A DNA stretch of 64,000 nucleotides, taken from positions 32,001 through 96,000 of IMG/VR virus record IMGVR_UViG_3300017917_005108. One strand, written 5' to 3'. The position numbers and the translations under genes were made by a program. The notes under the pieces are model-generated. The model searched no databases. It saw only the letters and a list, made by a program, of their open reading frames with translations, and was not told where the DNA came from. Below, in pieces: positions 60,165 through 64,000 of this stretch (the first letter of the stretch is position 1; the number at the start of each line of letters is the position of its first letter). The DNA comes from a virus.

Positions 60165-62746
60165 ACGCCTAATAACTCAAACAAGTCTGCCTGAACTTGG
60201 ACATTTGGTGCTTTGAGCTTCCAGTTAACTGATTCATAGAATCTTTCAATAACAGAGAAAATAATCTTTTCAAACATTTTTTCATGATCTGGTTCAAATA
60301 TGTCAATAAATTCTTTCGGGTAGTAATACTTATAACCTATAATACTAACTCCATATCTATTAGGTTGCTTTACATAAAAATAGCGAACCTTATCACCTGA
60401 TGCCATTTTCTCGTATTTTCTAGCTATTTTAAATTTATCCAAAAGTAAATTATGATAGTAGGCAGCTTTAACATGAATAGGCATATGTTTTGCAACATTA
60501 AAGTTATCACACTGTGCGGCGTATTTTTCGTATCCTTTAATACCCATTACAAAAGCAATATCTTCCACCCCAAGAGTCTTAAACGTTTCGTATGTTTCTT
60601 TAAAAATTTTATTAGTTTCTGCTTGACTCTGTGTCATTAACATTGTTTCTATAATTTTTTTAACATAGGGTTTAATTGGAGTAGGCATCGTAGTTCTAAC
60701 TACTTCTACACCGGTATATTTGAACTTATTACATGGTATTCCCTCCTCATCAAGAATATGTAAAACATATCTCTTTTTCTGTAAGAATAAACCTGTATCT
60801 GCTATTACTTCTCTTTTAAAGTTTAATCTGCAATCTTTAGAATTAAGAGATGAGGAGCCCCATTTTTTAATTTCTTCATTGAGATAATCTTCAATCTGTT
60901 GTACTTCTTTATAATATTCATTGGTTACTTTGCCATGTTTATCTAGCATTTTTAATCCAAGCTTTTTAACGAGATGTTTAATAGAAATATAACTTGAGTC
61001 TGTATCATTATAAATGATGGGTGTGCTCTCTTCAATTTCTTTATCTGTAAGAGCTGCTTTATTTTTGATATAATCTATAAGAAGTTTATTTGACTGCTTA
61101 ATTACAGCTTGACCAGTAAGAGTAATGGATTCAGCTAATTCATCATCACCTAATGGGCTATGCTTATTGCCAAAGTATCCATAAATTGTATTAATGAGAA
61201 TTTTAATGGTATGCTGTTGAATGTTTAAATTGTCTACATGGTGTTTAGTTTCATTGTATTCTGGTGAAGATTTTTCTAGCTGAGACAGTTTTCTTTTTGC
61301 ATTTTTAAGGTGCTTTTTTAATTCTACTCTTTTTGCATAATACCAATCTACTGTTTCAGGAATAATACCTTTCTCCTTCTGTGAGAACAACACCTTTGCT
61401 TTAGAGATAGCAATTTGCTCTTTTTCAACAAATTTTAAAAAATTATTAGTGGTTAGCTTGAATGTCTGTCCATTGACGTGTTTAAGTGTCACTTCATTTT
61501 CATCCTTATCAATAATTGTACCAACCTTAGTTTCAGGAGAGAGATTTAACGTAATCATCACGTTAGGGTACAGGCTGTTAGCATCAAAAGAAACAATATT
61601 TTCTTGAAACCCTTTTACAGGTTCACCTACATAAGCACCTGCATTTTGTTCATCATTTTCTTTACCCTTCTTAAAAGTAGGTATGCGTCTATTACGGTGT
61701 CTTGCTCTAATTGCACATAGTCCAGTAATAACAGATAAAGAACCTAATGCACCTTCAAATGTAGTAAGCCCTGCATATGCTATCATTCTTAACAGCTGTA
61801 GGTATTGTAGCTTTTTTTCCAAATTTACAAGCAAGTTAACGTCTTGAATATTATAATCTACAAACAACTCCCAATTATCATCAGCAAGACTAGTCAGATT
61901 TGTATCGCCATAATCAACTTTTCTCTCACCAAGCTCAGTCTCACCGATAGCGTCTAGTTTATAAGACTCGCGTAATACAGGGCAAAAGCGTTTATAGATA
62001 TCAAGATAATCAACACATGAAACACCCTCGATATGCCAATGGACCTGCTCTTTACCAAACTTACCAGTAAATACAACGGGTCTTATATGACCGACAGGTG
62101 AAAGTTTTTTAGTATAATCTTCACCGAGAATTTTTGTAATTCTATTTACAATATAAGGAATATCGAAAAACTCACTATTCCAGCCAGAAAGAATATCGGG
62201 ATAATCTGATTGAAAATAATTTAAAAACTTCTCTAACAACTCTCTTTCAGTCTTGCAGTGATAATAATATGCACCCTGAGACTTTTTAGTATATGGCTTT
62301 AAGCCCCAGGTAAGAAACTGTTGCTTTAAAGTATCATAAACAGTAATAATGTTTATAGGATGCTCTGGATTAGAGGGAGATGGAAAACTGTCAGGGCTAT
62401 ATGTCTCAATATCAATAAATAATACTTTTAAAGGGTGTTTATTAAAATCTTCATCTTCATTGTTTTTCCAGAAATTGTCTATAAGAAACTGCTGCTGTAC
62501 ATTTAAATTTTCAAATACTCTTGTTACACTATTATCTTTGAGATATCTTGCTCTTTCAGCTTGATTTTTAAACTTCTTCTTTTTTAGCTTTGTATTAAAG
62601 ATACTAAGTACATCTGTTTCAAAATTAGTTTCAAGAAAAATATAAGGCTCAAAAGTAGTATCATAACTAATACGGCTACCAGATTCATCCCAGGTAAAAA
62701 GACGTATTACCTGCTCTCTAGGAATATAGGCTACATTTCTAAACAC
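60161..62746 (-). CDS. gp43: family B DNA polymerase gp43-like
   Basis: DIET, GWNSEFFDIPY, YNIQD, SFDANSLYP, KILINTIYG, YNDTDS, KKRY. Confidence 0.97.
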   Translation of the reverse strand: MFRNVAYIPREQVIRLFTWDESGSRISYDTTFEPYIFLETNFETDVLSIFNTKLKKKKFKNQAERARYLKDNSVTRVFENLNVQQQFLIDNFWKNNEDEDFNKHPLKVLFIDIETYSPDSFPSPSNPEHPINIITVYDTLKQQFLTWGLKPYTKKSQGAYYYHCKTERELLEKFLNYFQSDYPDILSGWNSEFFDIPYIVNRITKILGEDYTKKLSPVGHIRPVVFTGKFGKEQVHWHIEGVSCVDYLDIYKRFCPVLRESYKLDAIGETELGERKVDYGDTNLTSLADDNWELFVDYNIQDVNLLVNLEKKLQYLQLLRMIAYAGLTTFEGALGSLSVITGLCAIRARHRNRRIPTFKKGKENDEQNAGAYVGEPVKGFQENIVSFDANSLYPNVMITLNLSPETKVGTIIDKDENEVTLKHVNGQTFKLTTNNFLKFVEKEQIAISKAKVLFSQKEKGIIPETVDWYYAKRVELKKHLKNAKRKLSQLEKSSPEYNETKHHVDNLNIQQHTIKILINTIYGYFGNKHSPLGDDELAESITLTGQAVIKQSNKLLIDYIKNKAALTDKEIEESTPIIYNDTDSSYISIKHLVKKLGLKMLDKHGKVTNEYYKEVQQIEDYLNEEIKKWGSSSLNSKDCRLNFKREVIADTGLFLQKKRYVLHILDEEGIPCNKFKYTGVEVVRTTMPTPIKPYVKKIIETMLMTQSQAETNKIFKETYETFKTLGVEDIAFVMGIKGYEKYAAQCDNFNVAKHMPIHVKAAYYHNLLLDKFKIARKYEKMASGDKVRYFYVKQPNRYGVSIIGYKYYYPKEFIDIFEPDHEKMFEKIIFSVIERFYESVNWKLKAPNVQVQADLFELLGV

Positions 62747-62751
62747 AAATA

Positions 62752-62779
62752 ATTATAACTTTTTATATAAAGATATCAA
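62752..62779 (-). promoter_or_regulatory. sigma70-like promoter TTGATA-N16-TATAAT, GTG 5 nt downstream
   Basis: -35 box contains upstream TGA stop. Confidence 0.78.
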
Positions 62780-63987
62780 TATGTATTAATAGAATTTAAA
62801 TACTTTCTCTCTGAACTATTAACAGGAAAATTATAAAGCTCAAAATATTTCTGAATATTTTCTTCATTTTCAAGCCATCTGCTTTCTGCAACTTTTCTAA
62901 ATTTGGCACACATGTTCATATACTTTCCTTTCTTTGAAAGGGTATCCTCAATACAACCAATCATTTCATCGCCAGTTTTAAACTTAATAGGAGCCTCGCT
63001 ATAGGTGACAAGATCTTGACAAGCAATGGGCAGCCCATAGCAGCAAGCTTCAATATACTTTAAATCACTCTTTGCTTTATTGAAAGTATTATCTTGTAGG
63101 GGAGCAACCATCATATTGACTTTTAGATTATAAATTTTTTCAGGGTATCTGTAAAGCTGTTCCCAAGGGTGAAACTCTACTTTGCGGTCTCTAACAAGAT
63201 GATGCAGGGGTAGAGGAAATGCACCTAGAAATACCCACTGATACTTTTCCCATGTCTTTGATATAACATCACATACATGATGGAAGTCATCATTCTGACC
63301 AACACGATTATCTACGTCAAAGTGAGCACCAGAGCCAGCATATAAAATGCGTGGTTTCTTTTCGCTGATATCATAATTTTCTGATATTCTCTTTTCATTA
63401 TAGAAGTTACCCATCCACCATTTTGGAGGATAATTGGGTATGACTGTTACGTTTTTATTACTTGTCTTTCCTTTATAATAATCGCGCATGAATTCACAAG
63501 TTACTGTTATTTCATCACATAATTCCATTATCTCCTGGCAGTATTTTCTAATACTAGGATCAGTGAATGCAGGCTTAAATTTATTGTAATCTGGAATGTC
63601 CTCACTAAAAACTAAATCATCAATTTCATAAACTATTTTAAAACCAACCTGTCTGCTTATTTCTTTTAAATGCTTAACAAACTTAAGCTGATGTTCTGTA
63701 GCTTGTCTCTGTATTCTTACAGTCTTTACACCTCTATAATAGTTTGGATCTAAAACCATTACCGTACTCCCATGGACTATCATTTTTTGATGTGCGTTTA
63801 AAAGATGTTCTGGCCATATCATTCTCCAAAAACCGCAACCACTATAATCAGCATAGTAGTTTAATGCACGATTTAAACTTAATTCCGGCGGTTGAGGCAA
63901 TTCAGGCTGTTGCTGCACAGGGGCAGGAGCCGGTTGCGCAAAAGGTGATACGAAGGGCGAAGGAAAAGGCAGAGTATTAGAGAACAT
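62776..63987 (-). CDS. GT-B (GT4-like) glycosyltransferase
   Basis: GCGFWRMIWP, YEIDD, VTVIPN, APLQDNTFNKAKSDLKYIEA. Confidence 0.75.
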   Translation of the reverse strand: MFSNTLPFPSPFVSPFAQPAPAPVQQQPELPQPPELSLNRALNYYADYSGCGFWRMIWPEHLLNAHQKMIVHGSTVMVLDPNYYRGVKTVRIQRQATEHQLKFVKHLKEISRQVGFKIVYEIDDLVFSEDIPDYNKFKPAFTDPSIRKYCQEIMELCDEITVTCEFMRDYYKGKTSNKNVTVIPNYPPKWWMGNFYNEKRISENYDISEKKPRILYAGSGAHFDVDNRVGQNDDFHHVCDVISKTWEKYQWVFLGAFPLPLHHLVRDRKVEFHPWEQLYRYPEKIYNLKVNMMVAPLQDNTFNKAKSDLKYIEACCYGLPIACQDLVTYSEAPIKFKTGDEMIGCIEDTLSKKGKYMNMCAKFRKVAESRWLENEENIQKYFELYNFPVNSSERKYLNSINTY

Positions 63988-64000
63988 ATATAATATAAGA

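Noticed and set aside
38240-62746. Inteins, introns or homing endonucleases in terminase, helicase, UvsX, polymerase
   Set aside because: Lengths are normal, motifs contiguous, no splice or LAGLIDADG/HNH signatures
1-64000. Stop-codon reassignment
   Set aside because: Core genes are full length in the standard code; TAA, TGA and TAG (e.g. 24816, 32888, 45409) all end genes
1-64000. tRNA or structured ncRNA genes
   Set aside because: Intergenic gaps are nearly all under 65 nt and occupied by promoters; no cloverleaf seen by eye

Overview
A 64-kb, AT-rich segment of a large T4-like (myovirus) phage genome in the standard genetic code. Left part (1-40 kb, mostly minus strand): a modular adhesin/fibre cluster joined by Pro-Thr linkers (BspA-LRR, gp38-like glycine-rich, LamG, Asp-box, RCC1, LRR, lectin domains), baseplate genes (gp6, gp25, gp53, hub, gp26-like), tape measure, tail tube, sheath, gp3 and large terminase. 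Right part (44-64 kb): primase, clamp, SSB, helicase, UvsX and family-B polymerase interleaved with glycosyltransferases, nucleotide-sugar enzymes, QueC, a class-II glutamine amidotransferase, a degenerate DHH protein and a bS21-like ribosomal protein. Most notable: (1) almost every non-coupled gene has its own promoter (late TAAATA, or sigma70-like TTGA-N-TAnnnT with a 16-bp spacer) only about 5-7 nt from its start codon, with no Shine-Dalgarno, implying genome-scale leaderless translation alongside a divergent phage bS21; (2) a shared ~75-aa module plus PT linkers across different adhesins; (3) an LSA tripeptide confined to virion proteins, together with phage glycosylation genes. All calls are motif recognition by eye, not database searches.
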